Shown: positions 38,489 through 48,517, counted from the first letter of the stretch. The stretch is 64,000 nt of DNA from an uncultured Gammaproteobacteria bacterium (GCA_964524515.1 CAZGEA010000004.1:32015-96014); one strand, 5' to 3'. Numbers and translations: made by a program. Notes: generated by a model from the sequence alone, not told the origin.

Positions 38489-39575
38489 TATTCCCTAATT
38501 TTACAAAGTTTTCCTCAACTTCTGATTCCACAATTCCTTTTGTAAAAATACCAATAACATATGGTTTTGGAGTAAAGACGATTCCAGCGTCATTTAGAAC
38601 ATGAAGTTCACGACCATATTTGTGGCTTACTTTTATGCCGTCATCTACTGACTTTGGAAGATAATTTTCATACCCAGTATTTGTTAAAATTTTTAAAATT
38701 TCATTTGTGTTTTTTGGATTAACAATTTCCCCTTTCCATAGTTTTTGGAAAAACAAGCTAACATCTGAAGGTGAAGTTGTATTCTCATCGATATTAGTTT
38801 TAGTCATGCCGAGATTTTTAATCACTTCGTTTATTTTTGCCTTCCCTAAATAATTAATAATAATACGAAAAGCAGTATTGTCTGACTGCTGACCCATGGC
38901 AGATGCTAATTCACGAAGTGTAAATTTTGTCCCAGCTTTTTGACCAATAATCCAACCTGAGCCACCCACTTTATCTGAATCTTTTAGATAATATGAAGAA
39001 TCTATATCGATTTGGCCTTGTTCATCATAGACATAAAGTGCTGCAATGACTGGGAGTTTAATAACAGATGCAGCTTCAAATACTTCATTTTGATAAACCC
39101 CATAGCTGACACCTGAATCAAGTCTTATTACACTTAACCCATAAATACCTGAGAGTTTATTTGAGCTTTCTTTGAATTTGTTTACTATTTCTTCAACCTC
39201 TTTTTCCTCTTCTTTGTTTTTATTTGTAGATTCAATGGTAATTTTTTTCTCCAGTGGATTGGAGAGATTTGGAACAACTATTCTTTGGGAATTTGGTAAT
39301 TTCCAATTTCTAGCCATTAGTGCAAGAACACCTGACCCGGCAACTGTTAAGAATAAAACAACTAAAACAATTGATCTTTCAATTTTTCCCCAGGGCTTAA
39401 TTGGCTCTTTTCTTTTACGTTTATTTTGAGGAGCTAAATCTTTTATTTTTTTTGGCTTTTTGCCATGGGAGTCATCTTCATCGTCTTCATCATCCAACTC
39501 GTCATCTTCTAATTCATCGTCTTCATCATCTTTTTTCTTTTTTTTTCGGAAAATTAAATTAAGTGGAAATATCAT
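38460..39575 (-). CDS. class A beta-lactamase-like serine hydrolase with highly charged N-terminal tail
   Basis: SVIK (SxxK), SDN and KYG (KTG-like) triad. The N-terminus reads KKKKKDDEDDELEDDELDDEDDEDD and is followed by a TM helix. Confidence 0.6.
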   Translation of the reverse strand: MIFPLNLIFRKKKKKDDEDDELEDDELDDEDDEDDSHGKKPKKIKDLAPQNKRKRKEPIKPWGKIERSIVLVVLFLTVAGSGVLALMARNWKLPNSQRIVVPNLSNPLEKKITIESTNKNKEEEKEVEEIVNKFKESSNKLSGIYGLSVIRLDSGVSYGVYQNEVFEAASVIKLPVIAALYVYDEQGQIDIDSSYYLKDSDKVGGSGWIIGQKAGTKFTLRELASAMGQQSDNTAFRIIINYLGKAKINEVIKNLGMTKTNIDENTTSPSDVSLFFQKLWKGEIVNPKNTNEILKILTNTGYENYLPKSVDDGIKVSHKYGRELHVLNDAGIVFTPKPYVIGIFTKGIVESEVEENFVKLGNIIFEAEKSR

Positions 39576-39596
39576 ATTTTATTTTACCAGGGTTTG

Positions 39597-40331
39597 CTAT
39601 TTGGTTGCTTCGATTGTGTAGTTGACTGGAAATTCAGATTTGGGTTTTTGATTTATTTTTTCGTATAAATAGACAGCGATGTTTATTAGAACACATAGAA
39701 TTATTACTAAAGGCAAAAATGAGACTCCAAATATTTTATGCACATGATGTCTTGCAATTAATTGATAGATTAATCTAATCATATAAATGTTAATTGATAG
39801 ACCTAGAAACGCAATAAAGGAATTATTGCTTACAATCTTTATGTTTCTAAAACCTGATTCTTTGAAGAGTACTATTAAATTTTCTTTCGTATGGCGAATT
39901 CTATCGTGCGGTTTATCATGAATTGGATACATAAATGGTGAAGTTGCAATTACCCTACCACCTTTTTTAAGGATTCTGTAAATTTCTTTGAAAGTTTTTT
40001 TGGGATCTGCAATGTATTGTAAGACCTGAAACAAAGTCACAGTGTCGGCAAAACTATTTTTTAGAGGAATCTTTTTGGAGATATCTGCAACAATATGATC
40101 GGAGACATCTTTGTTTATGGGTTTTTTTAAATCAACTGGTATGTATTTATTGTTGTTTTCTTCAATTTTGTTTTTGTACCTTTGGTCACCAGCGCCCAAA
40201 TCAACCACCACTGTTGACCTTTTTGATGCGGCGATTTTGATAGCATTATTGATATCTTTGAGAATTAGGAATTGAGGATGCAAAATTGTGTGACCGATTT
40301 TATTGGTATATAGATCCCAAAATTTTTTCAT
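39597..40331 (-). CDS. class I SAM-dependent methyltransferase with C-terminal TM segments
   Basis: VVDLGAGDQRY motif I, LKKGGRVI post-I/II region, and a hydrophobic C-terminus. Confidence 0.65.
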   Translation of the reverse strand: MKKFWDLYTNKIGHTILHPQFLILKDINNAIKIAASKRSTVVVDLGAGDQRYKNKIEENNNKYIPVDLKKPINKDVSDHIVADISKKIPLKNSFADTVTLFQVLQYIADPKKTFKEIYRILKKGGRVIATSPFMYPIHDKPHDRIRHTKENLIVLFKESGFRNIKIVSNNSFIAFLGLSINIYMIRLIYQLIARHHVHKIFGVSFLPLVIILCVLINIAVYLYEKINQKPKSEFPVNYTIEATK

Positions 40332-40384
40332 GAATTACCATTGTAACTTATGAAAGATAATTGGCAAGTTTGAGGATTATAAAT

Positions 40385-41371
40385 TTATTTTCTTCTTTGA
40401 TCCCAGACTTCAGTGTTTACTAAATTTTCTGGTTTTTCGCCTTTGATTACTTTTTCAATAGAACTGACTGCTAAATCACACATTTTTTCTCTTGCATCAA
40501 CTGTGGCTGATGCAATATGGGGAGTTAATATTACATTTTCCATTCCAATTAATTCAGGGTTAACATTTGGTTCATTATCAAAAACATCCAGGGCAACACC
40601 TGAGAGCTTTCCAGATCGCAGGGCTCGAACTAATGCATGTTCATCAACTATTGGACCTCTTGCAGTATTTATTAAATATGATCCTTGTTTCATTTTTTCA
40701 AAAACAGAATCTGTGATCATATGTCTTGTTTCATCATTTAGTGGAATATGAAGAGAGACTACATCACTTTGGCTTAACAATTCATCGAGAGTTGCATATT
40801 TTATTCCTAATTCCTCTTCTGCCTTTTTATCTGGTTCTCTTTTTGTATAAATTACATTTACACCAAAACCTTTTGCCATGCGAGCTGCCATTGATCCAAT
40901 TCTACCCAACCCTATTATTCCAAAAGTTTTACCAAAGAGAGAATTACCTATAAAAATATCTGCTTCCCAGCCTTTGTATGCACCACGCTTTGTTGCTTCA
41001 TCAGCTTCAACGATACGTCTTACAATTGCCAAGGTCAGAGCCCAGGTGTGTTCAGCGACTGCCACATTTACTTCATCACATGGAGTATTTGTGACTACAA
41101 TCCCCCTTTGTGTTGCAGCTGCTATGTCAATATTGTCAAAACCTACTGCATAATTTGAAATTAATTTAAGTTGAGGACCTATTGCATCCATTACTTCACC
41201 ATCAATTTTGTCTGTTAAAAGTGACAACAGATAATCTGTTCCTTTTGAATAATCGATAATTTCCTGCGAGGATAATGGTCTATCAAATTGGGATATCCAC
41301 AACTCACTATTTAATTTTTCTAGATCAGATAATCTAATGCCTGGGATTTTTCTGGTTACTGTAATTTTCAT
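40385..41371 (-). CDS. D-isomer-specific 2-hydroxyacid dehydrogenase (glyoxylate/hydroxypyruvate reductase-like)
   Basis: GIIGLGRIGSMAA NAD-binding site, TARGPIVDE and TPHIASAT catalytic region. Confidence 0.8.
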   Translation of the reverse strand: MKITVTRKIPGIRLSDLEKLNSELWISQFDRPLSSQEIIDYSKGTDYLLSLLTDKIDGEVMDAIGPQLKLISNYAVGFDNIDIAAATQRGIVVTNTPCDEVNVAVAEHTWALTLAIVRRIVEADEATKRGAYKGWEADIFIGNSLFGKTFGIIGLGRIGSMAARMAKGFGVNVIYTKREPDKKAEEELGIKYATLDELLSQSDVVSLHIPLNDETRHMITDSVFEKMKQGSYLINTARGPIVDEHALVRALRSGKLSGVALDVFDNEPNVNPELIGMENVILTPHIASATVDAREKMCDLAVSSIEKVIKGEKPENLVNTEVWDQRRK

Positions 41372-41377
41372 ATTAGT

Positions 41378-42370
41378 TTAGAATTCAACTGGAATGACAT
41401 TTGCATTTTTACACCTTTGTACCCATTCTCCTAAATTTTTCTCATCTAGTAAACCTTTTTGTGGACCAACATAACCTATTACTGATGAAGAATTGACTGT
41501 TCCCCAAATCATTGCTTCTTCAATTGACAGACCTTTGATAATGGCCGACAGGAAGCCACTTCCAAAGGCATCACCTGCACCAGTTCGCTCATATGCATCA
41601 ATTGGCATTGAGCTTATTTTTAAATATTTATTTTGACCATCAAATAAAAATGCACCTTTTGTGCCATCAGTAATTACTGGCATTTGAACTCCTCTTTCAT
41701 GGAGAGCCATTAAAAGTTGTTTGTCATCGTAGTTTCCTTTTACTAAACTTGTAATTTTTTCTGCCTCTTCACGATTTACAAATAACAGGCTGGTTCGCTT
41801 TAAAATTGATTCAGTTTCTATTCCCCATTTTTTAAATTGCCAAGAACCAGGATTATAGGCGATTTTAATATTTGGATTTGATTCAAGCCATTTGGCAACA
41901 GTTACATAAAATGGAGCAAATGTTTCTCCCATTGATGTAACATAAACCCAATTAGGAGTGGGTGGATTACTTGGGAAAATATAATCTCGCTGTCCATGAT
42001 AAACAAAGATTGTTCGCTCTCCCTGGTAATTAATTACTGTTGAATAATTGGTCACACCACCATCGACTGTTACCCATTTTGTATTAACCCGCTCCTTTTC
42101 TAATTCTTTTTGAATTTGTGGAGCTCTATCGTCATGGCCTAAAGTTAATAGAATTGCGGAATTTAACCCTAGTCGTTTTGTGCCAATTGCATTATTTGCT
42201 GCATTGCCACCAATTGTAATTTCTAAATCTGAAACAGGAATCTTATCTCCATATCCAAAACAAATAAGGCATTCTTGAGTATCAATTTTACAGACTGTTT
42301 CAGTGTCTGTAGGATGCAAAAAAACATCAATTGATGCATCTCCAATTGAGAGGATGTCTACATTTTCCAT
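41378..42370 (-). CDS. PfkB-family carbohydrate/nucleoside kinase
   Basis: GGNAANNA and TGAGDAFGSGF signature motifs. The likely start is MENVDILSIGD at 42370, abutting the aldolase stop; the ORF extends to 42451. Confidence 0.75.
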   Translation of the reverse strand: MENVDILSIGDASIDVFLHPTDTETVCKIDTQECLICFGYGDKIPVSDLEITIGGNAANNAIGTKRLGLNSAILLTLGHDDRAPQIQKELEKERVNTKWVTVDGGVTNYSTVINYQGERTIFVYHGQRDYIFPSNPPTPNWVYVTSMGETFAPFYVTVAKWLESNPNIKIAYNPGSWQFKKWGIETESILKRTSLLFVNREEAEKITSLVKGNYDDKQLLMALHERGVQMPVITDGTKGAFLFDGQNKYLKISSMPIDAYERTGAGDAFGSGFLSAIIKGLSIEEAMIWGTVNSSSVIGYVGPQKGLLDEKNLGEWVQRCKNANVIPVEF

Positions 42371-42371
42371 T

Positions 42372-43130
42372 TTATTTATATATTGCCTGTGCGAGCTGAT
42401 TTGCTGAATCAATTGGGTCTTTGGATTGCCAAATGTTTCTTCCAATTGCAAAGCCTACTGCTCCAGCTTCTAAAATTTCTTTGGCTGAATCAATTAATTG
42501 AAGTGGCATGTCAGTGCGTGGGCCACCCACTACAAAAATTTTTAATTTTCCAGCGGATTTAACTACCCATTTGAATGAAGCGACATCACCTGTGTATTTA
42601 ATCTTTACCGCATCGGCATTTAATTCGAGTGCAAGACGGGCAGAGTATGCCAAAATATCACGATCTGTATCTTCTGTTACATGTTTACCACGAGGGTACA
42701 TCCAGCCTATTACAAATAAACCTTTTTGGTGAGCTTCTCTTTCTATTTTTGAGAATTCTTTTATCATTTGTTGTTCGTTCTCGCTTCCCACATAAATTGT
42801 ATAGCCTACTCCCACAGCACCTAATTCAATTGCTTCGTCGATATCACAATTTTGGAGAGACAATGGTTCTTCTTCTTTATGGAATGATGTTTTACCATTT
42901 AACTTCACAACCAGTGGCACTTTGTGAACATTTTTATCATAATAGTGAGCTGCAATTCCTTTCTGGCAAACTACTCCTGTGAAGTGGCCTGAGTTTGCAA
43001 TCTCCATAATCCATGCTGGGTCAATTGATCTTTCGTCAAAATCTGAAGGTCCATGTTCGAAACCATGATCGTAAGCTAGCAAAATCCCTCTATCGTTTCT
43101 TAAAATTTTATTTAATGCTGATCTGTCCAT
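42372..43130 (-). CDS. class I fructose-bisphosphate aldolase, archaeal/DhnA type
   Basis: LLAYDHGFEHGP and a VKIKYTG Schiff-base lysine region, 252 aa. Confidence 0.75.
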   Translation of the reverse strand: MDRSALNKILRNDRGILLAYDHGFEHGPSDFDERSIDPAWIMEIANSGHFTGVVCQKGIAAHYYDKNVHKVPLVVKLNGKTSFHKEEEPLSLQNCDIDEAIELGAVGVGYTIYVGSENEQQMIKEFSKIEREAHQKGLFVIGWMYPRGKHVTEDTDRDILAYSARLALELNADAVKIKYTGDVASFKWVVKSAGKLKIFVVGGPRTDMPLQLIDSAKEILEAGAVGFAIGRNIWQSKDPIDSANQLAQAIYK

Positions 43131-43188
43131 TTCTAGATCACTCTAGCACGAGTCTGGTTGCCTAATCAATATACTGTATAATTTAAAT

Positions 43189-43380
43189 ATGTATCCACAA
43201 GACCATCCGCCCGCTCCCCAATCGAGAGTTGATTTAACACAAAATGTTGATGGGACAACAAACAATGGGGAGGTTAAAAAACCAAAAAGCAGCCACACCA
43301 TTGCAGTCTTGTTTATTTTTTCTTTAATTATATTTATACTTTTAATTGGAGTGTTTTTGTATGTTAGTTATTTGAAATGA
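43189..43380 (+). CDS. small membrane protein
   Basis: 63 aa with a C-terminal TM helix. Its stop overlaps the next start (ATGA). Confidence 0.4.
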   Translation: MYPQDHPPAPQSRVDLTQNVDGTTNNGEVKKPKSSHTIAVLFIFSLIIFILLIGVFLYVSYLK

Positions 43381-44354
43381 AGAAAAATAAATCTGGATTT
43401 ATATTATTACCTTTAGTCTTTATTGTTTTGATAATTAGTGTTGTTGGGTATTTTCTAATTAATAAAAAATCAACAATCAATGGAATTGGCCAGACTTTAG
43501 CGACACCTACATCTATTGCAAATTCTGAAAATATTGATGGTTGGAAAAGTTATACGAATTCCGCTTATAATTATTCAATCCAACATCCTTCGGATTGGAA
43601 AATAGAAATAAATTGTTTTGGAGGCTCTGCTGAAAGCAAAATTGTTTGTTTGGAATCACCCAATCTTGAAGCAGATGCATTTCCTAAAGTAGTTAAAGGT
43701 GGCGTAATACAAATATTTGGAAAGAGCGATGGAGATGGAAGTGTTGGTTTAGGATATAGCTTAGACCAGTTCTGTAATTCCCAGGGTGGAACTGATGAAA
43801 AACCAAGCTATTGCAATGAGACTAATATTAATGGCAATCCTGTAGTCGAGAGGGGTTTTGTTAATCTTCCTTTTATTGATATTGGGTTTCTAGATAAGAA
43901 TAAAAAAATATTTTTATCTATAAGGATGGAAGCTAAAAATGACACTAAAGATGTTGCATATCAAATCGTGAAGAGTTTTAAGTTTACAAATGATGTTCAA
44001 ACCGATAATTGGAAAAGTTATACAAATACTACTTATGGTTATTCAATAAAATTTCCTCAGGAATTTAAGAGCCAAGATATTGCAGCAGGGGTAGGAAACA
44101 TAGAGGCCTCTCCCAATGCAACTAATATATATATCTACAATTCATCTGATGCTGAACAGTATTTAAATAGATATATTAGTATTGAGTTTTTACAACTAGA
44201 ACCCGGTAATAATATTAATGATAATTTTAATGTATATAAATTTAGAACAAAAAAAGGATTTATCGAAATTATGGTAACTAAAGATAAATCAAAGAGTGAA
44301 TTGGCAAACAAGATTTACGCTACTTTTAAATCTTCTGAGGATAATTCACAATAG
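43377..44354 (+). CDS. secreted hypothetical protein with an internally duplicated domain
   Basis: N-terminal TM/signal segment. Two copies of the W-K-S-Y-T-N-x-x-Y-x-Y-S-I motif (DGWKSYTNSAYNYSIQHP and DNWKSYTNTTYGYSIKFP). Confidence 0.5.
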   Translation: MKKNKSGFILLPLVFIVLIISVVGYFLINKKSTINGIGQTLATPTSIANSENIDGWKSYTNSAYNYSIQHPSDWKIEINCFGGSAESKIVCLESPNLEADAFPKVVKGGVIQIFGKSDGDGSVGLGYSLDQFCNSQGGTDEKPSYCNETNINGNPVVERGFVNLPFIDIGFLDKNKKIFLSIRMEAKNDTKDVAYQIVKSFKFTNDVQTDNWKSYTNTTYGYSIKFPQEFKSQDIAAGVGNIEASPNATNIYIYNSSDAEQYLNRYISIEFLQLEPGNNINDNFNVYKFRTKKGFIEIMVTKDKSKSELANKIYATFKSSEDNSQ

Positions 44355-44368
44355 AAAAATTTTGTTGT

Positions 44369-45364
44369 TTAGCTATTTTTCCTGGCAATTGCCCTTTTCG
44401 CGGCTTCGACTATATCTTTTGATTTCATATGATAAAACTCTAGTAATTCATCTGGATCACCTGATTGACCAAACGTATTTTGCATTCCAATAAATTCCAT
44501 TGGGACTGGGAAATTCCTGGCTAAAGTTTCTGCAACAGCACCACCCAAACCACCTATTGTTTGGTGTTCTTCAACTGTCACCACACAACCTGCTGACTTT
44601 GCAGCTCTTATTATTGTTTGTTCATCAAGAGGTTTAATTGTGTGGGAGTTAATTACAACACATTCAATTTTACTTTTAGATAATTCTTTTGCTGCCAACA
44701 ATGCCTCATAAACTAATGGGCCACATCCAATTAGTGCCACTTGAGGATCTTTTGATTCCCATAGAACTTGAGCTTTTCCTATTTCAAACGGAGTATTGTT
44801 TGTTGTAAACACTGGAGTTTTTTCGCGAGCTAAGCGCAGATATGATGGCTTAGCGTTTTTGGCAATTTCAATCGTTGCCTTTTTGGTTTGTTCATAATCA
44901 CCTGGCACTACCACAATCATATTTGGCATTACACGCATGAGGGCAATATCCTCGCACATTTGGTGAGTTGCACCATCGGGGCCAACTGATACTCCGGCAT
45001 GGGCACCTATTACTTTGACTGGAAGATCGTTTATTGCAGCGGTTGTTGCAATTTGTTCCCAATTGCGACCTGGAGAGAACGCAGCATATGAAGAAATAAA
45101 TGGAATTTTACCACCTAAAGCTAAACCTGCCCCGATTGTGGCTAAGGCTTGCTCTGCAACTCCAATTTCAATAAATCTTTCTGGGAATTTTTCTTTGAAT
45201 AAAATAGATCTTGTTGAATCTGTTAAATCAGCACATAAAACTACGATATTGGGATTTTTTTCTCCAGCTTCCACCACTCCCTCACCATACCCATTTCTAG
45301 TTGGGACTTGGTCAATTTTTTTATCAAATATTTTTTCTGATAGTTTTAATTTTTGGTTTAACAT
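44369..45364 (-). CDS. transketolase, C-terminal (pyrimidine-binding) subunit
   Basis: Split-transketolase arrangement with EIGVAEQ, GPDGATHQ and a C-terminal domain, 331 aa. Confidence 0.85.
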   Translation of the reverse strand: MLNQKLKLSEKIFDKKIDQVPTRNGYGEGVVEAGEKNPNIVVLCADLTDSTRSILFKEKFPERFIEIGVAEQALATIGAGLALGGKIPFISSYAAFSPGRNWEQIATTAAINDLPVKVIGAHAGVSVGPDGATHQMCEDIALMRVMPNMIVVVPGDYEQTKKATIEIAKNAKPSYLRLAREKTPVFTTNNTPFEIGKAQVLWESKDPQVALIGCGPLVYEALLAAKELSKSKIECVVINSHTIKPLDEQTIIRAAKSAGCVVTVEEHQTIGGLGGAVAETLARNFPVPMEFIGMQNTFGQSGDPDELLEFYHMKSKDIVEAAKRAIARKNS

Positions 45365-46183
45365 TTATTTATTTTTATTTAATTCTTTAAGTGCTAGTGC
45401 TGCCTCATCTTTATTGGGAGTTTTACCATGCCATTCATATTTTCCTTCCATGAAACTTACTCCCTTGCCTGGAATAGTGTGGGCTAAAATCACTGTTGGT
45501 TTTTCATAAACTGCTCTCGCGTGTGCGACACTATCGATTATTTCTTGAATGTTATGACCATCAATATGCAAAACATGCCAATTAAAAGCTTTGTATTTAT
45601 CAGAGAGTGGCTCCAATGGCATTATGTTTTCTGTGAAGCCATCAATTTGAATGTTATTGCGATCAACAAAAACCGTGAGGTTTGATAATTTATTTTTACC
45701 TGCAAACATTACGGCCTCCCAATGATTTCCTTCTTGATGTTCGCCATCAGAGCAAATACAAAATACTCTAAACCTTTTTTGATCCATGCGTGCGGCATAC
45801 GCAAGACCTGAAGCTTGAGCCAAACCGGAGCCCAAAGGACCTGAGGTGGTCTCTACTCCTGGTAATTTAGTTCGTTCGGGGTGGCCTTGAAGGCGACTAC
45901 CAAATTTTCTAAGTGTTTTTAATTCATTGACTGGAAAATAGCCGCTTTCTGCCATTGCGGCATATCTGACTGGTGCAATGTGGCCATTTGAAAGAATTAA
46001 GCGATCGCGTTCAGCCCAATCAGGATTGTCAGGGTCGTGATTTAAAACATGAAAATATAAACTTGCAAAAATATCAGACATTCCCAGAGGACCTGCTGAG
46101 TGACCAGATCCTGCTTCTAAGAGCATTTTAATAATATCTTTTCTTATTGTATTTGCCTTTTGGGCAATTTCCTCAACTGTCAT
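45365..46183 (-). CDS. transketolase, N-terminal (TPP-binding) subunit
   Basis: GSGHSAGPLG, SNGH and CSDGEHQEGNHWE motifs, 272 aa. Directly abuts the C-terminal subunit gene. Confidence 0.85.
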   Translation of the reverse strand: MTVEEIAQKANTIRKDIIKMLLEAGSGHSAGPLGMSDIFASLYFHVLNHDPDNPDWAERDRLILSNGHIAPVRYAAMAESGYFPVNELKTLRKFGSRLQGHPERTKLPGVETTSGPLGSGLAQASGLAYAARMDQKRFRVFCICSDGEHQEGNHWEAVMFAGKNKLSNLTVFVDRNNIQIDGFTENIMPLEPLSDKYKAFNWHVLHIDGHNIQEIIDSVAHARAVYEKPTVILAHTIPGKGVSFMEGKYEWHGKTPNKDEAALALKELNKNK

Positions 46184-46800
46184 TTTTTAATTTCCTTGGC
46201 CAATAGATCTTTTAGTCTTTTGTCAAAGCGTTCAATTGTTGGCAAGATATCTTCTTTTTTTGTAACAATTTCAAAAACTGCTAACTCTTCACGGCTTATG
46301 TTTAGATTTTTTCTGATTGCATCAATAATTTCTAACCAAAATTCACCATATAAAATAAATGGTTTGTGATGGCCGTAGTAAAGCTTTGCCAAAACCCACA
46401 CAGTCCCAAATTCCGATATTGTTCCTGTTCCACCTTTGAAGATTATAAACATGTCTCCGTGCTCAATTAATTTGAACATTCTTTCTATGTAATTTTTGGT
46501 TTTAATTTCTTTGTCAGTTAGATTTCTTAGGTATTTTCCTTCAAAACCTGTGGCTTCGTGAGGATAGAAAGTGACAGAGAGAGTTTCACCTTTGGCTTCT
46601 TCTGCACCTTGAGTTGATGCATACATGACACCTGGACCACCACCGTTTACGATTGTGTAGCCTTTTTCGGCAACTATTTTTGCAACTTCAAAGGCGTCAC
46701 GATAAACTTTGTCTGTATCTGGCAAATCAGCATCACCAAAGAAGGCGATGTTTTTTATAATTGATCTACCGATGAAAGCATCTTCTTGTGTTTTATTCAT
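46180..46800 (-). CDS. LOG-family (TIGR00730) nucleotide phosphoribohydrolase-like protein
   Basis: GGGPGVM and KGGTGTISE motifs. Confidence 0.7.
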   Translation of the reverse strand: MNKTQEDAFIGRSIIKNIAFFGDADLPDTDKVYRDAFEVAKIVAEKGYTIVNGGGPGVMYASTQGAEEAKGETLSVTFYPHEATGFEGKYLRNLTDKEIKTKNYIERMFKLIEHGDMFIIFKGGTGTISEFGTVWVLAKLYYGHHKPFILYGEFWLEIIDAIRKNLNISREELAVFEIVTKKEDILPTIERFDKRLKDLLAKEIKK

Positions 46801-47411
46801 ATTATTTTTTCAAACCAACTTTTGCCTTGTACCACTTCATCGACACCAAAGGACTCCAACTCTGATAGTATTTCAGTTTTGACTCCCCCGTCAATGCATA
46901 TTTTAAAATTGCTTTTAAATAATCTTCTAATATCTTGGAGTTTTTCGATTTTTTGATAAACAGATTTATCAAATGATTGCCCTCCAAAGCCTGCTGGAAC
47001 ACTCATTAAAAGAATGACACTGCATGCTCTTATTGCTTTTGAATCTAAATCGTTTATTGGTGTTTTTAAATCAACTGCTAAACCTGCATCAATATTTCCA
47101 GTTAAAATTTCTTGAATGAATTCGTTTTGATTGTACATGAATTCTATTTGGCCAATTATTCTATCTGAATTTGCAATTTGCATTGATTTTTTAATCCATG
47201 CCTGCGGATTTTTAACCATCAAATGAATATCAAGAGAAAGCGATAGATCTTCAAGCGACGCCAAAACTTCAGGATAAATAGTTTTATTTTTTGCAAAAAC
47301 TCCGTCAACAATATCGATTTGGACTCTTTTTATTTGGTTTGATTGAGCAATATTTATTAATTTTATTGCTTCTTCTGTATTGTTTGTTAAAACAGAGGGA
47401 ATAATTTGCAT
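46797..47411 (-). CDS. rpe: ribulose-phosphate 3-epimerase-like protein
   Basis: TIM-barrel pattern IIPSVL..QIDIVDGVFA..IHLM..GFGGQ..IDGG, 204 aa. Divergent from canonical Rpe. Confidence 0.6.
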   Translation of the reverse strand: MQIIPSVLTNNTEEAIKLINIAQSNQIKRVQIDIVDGVFAKNKTIYPEVLASLEDLSLSLDIHLMVKNPQAWIKKSMQIANSDRIIGQIEFMYNQNEFIQEILTGNIDAGLAVDLKTPINDLDSKAIRACSVILLMSVPAGFGGQSFDKSVYQKIEKLQDIRRLFKSNFKICIDGGVKTEILSELESFGVDEVVQGKSWFEKII

Positions 47412-48517
47412 TATTTTGCTGGGCTAAATGTGAGCGTTAACGGATCAGTTGGTGATTCTGGAGTTCCTAGTGTACGAGCCACTCGGATTACTTGTTCAAC
47501 AAGTCGATTAGCATAACCCCATTCGTTATCATACCAGGCAAATACTTTTACCAAATTTCCTGCCACAACTTGTGTCAATTCAAGGTCAACAATCGCTGAT
47601 TCGCTTCGACCAATAATGTCAGATGAAACCAAACCGCTTTGTGATACTGCTAAAATTCCTTTATATAGTGGGTTTGTTGATGCTCTAACAAATGCATCAT
47701 TAACATCTGAGACTGTGACATCTTTTTTAAGAAGCATAGTGAAGTCTGTTATGGAACCGGTTGCAGTGGGTACCCGCAGTGAGGCACCATCAAATAAACC
47801 TTTCAATTCTGGAATTGTTTCAGTTACAGCAATTGCTGCTCCGGTTGAAGTTGGGATAATGTTTTCAGCTGCTGCCCTGGCGCGGCGCAAGTCACGATGT
47901 GAATTATCTTGTAAGTTTTGGTCATCTGTGTAGCTATGGATTGTTGTCATCATGGCTTTTTCAATACCAAACGTTGCGTGCAAAACGGCCGCCACTGGAG
48001 CGACACAATTTGTTGTACATGATGCATTAGAAATGACTACTCCCTGCCCATCGTAGTCGTTTACACCCAACACATATGTGCCTACATTTCCACCTTTTGA
48101 AGGAGCTGAGATTATTACTCTTTTTGCTCCACCTGCTGCGTGTTTTTTGGCGTCTTCATCTGTTACAAATTTACCTGTTGCCTCAATTACTACATCTACT
48201 CCATATTTTCCCCATGGAATTTTAGAAGGTTCCCTTTGTGCTGAAATAATTGATTCTCTTCCATCACAAATTATTTTTCCGATAACTGGATCTTCGTCTG
48301 TGGCTTCAGCTGCTTTTTTTGTTATTTCAGGATGAACATCGAGTGCGAATTTTCTATACATTGTGTCGTAGTTGACCAGATGTGCCCAACCATCAACTTC
48401 CATTGAGCCTGATGTATTAATTAATGCAATTTCCAATTCATCTTTGTGTTTGAGGTTTGCAATTCTATATGCAATTCTTCCAATTCGACCAAATCCATTT
48501 ATTCCTATTTTTACCAT
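47411..48517 (-). CDS. gap: glyceraldehyde-3-phosphate dehydrogenase (with insertion and C-terminal tail)
   Basis: MVKIGINGFGRIGR and SNASCTTNC active site, plus WYDNEWGY. 368 aa, longer than typical. Confidence 0.9.
   Translation of the reverse strand: MVKIGINGFGRIGRIAYRIANLKHKDELEIALINTSGSMEVDGWAHLVNYDTMYRKFALDVHPEITKKAAEATDEDPVIGKIICDGRESIISAQREPSKIPWGKYGVDVVIEATGKFVTDEDAKKHAAGGAKRVIISAPSKGGNVGTYVLGVNDYDGQGVVISNASCTTNCVAPVAAVLHATFGIEKAMMTTIHSYTDDQNLQDNSHRDLRRARAAAENIIPTSTGAAIAVTETIPELKGLFDGASLRVPTATGSITDFTMLLKKDVTVSDVNDAFVRASTNPLYKGILAVSQSGLVSSDIIGRSESAIVDLELTQVVAGNLVKVFAWYDNEWGYANRLVEQVIRVARTLGTPESPTDPLTLTFSPAK

Noticed and set aside
9890-47002. Numerous 60-180-aa ORFs nested in or antisense to larger genes (for example 9890..10429, 16292..16759, 23258..23485, 34303..36055, 40413..41153, 45015..45509, 46802..47002)
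   Set aside because: Each is fully contained within a gene with strong homology signatures. Their translations are low-complexity (Ser/Phe/Leu/Ile-rich), as expected from the reverse or shifted frame of AT-rich coding sequence.
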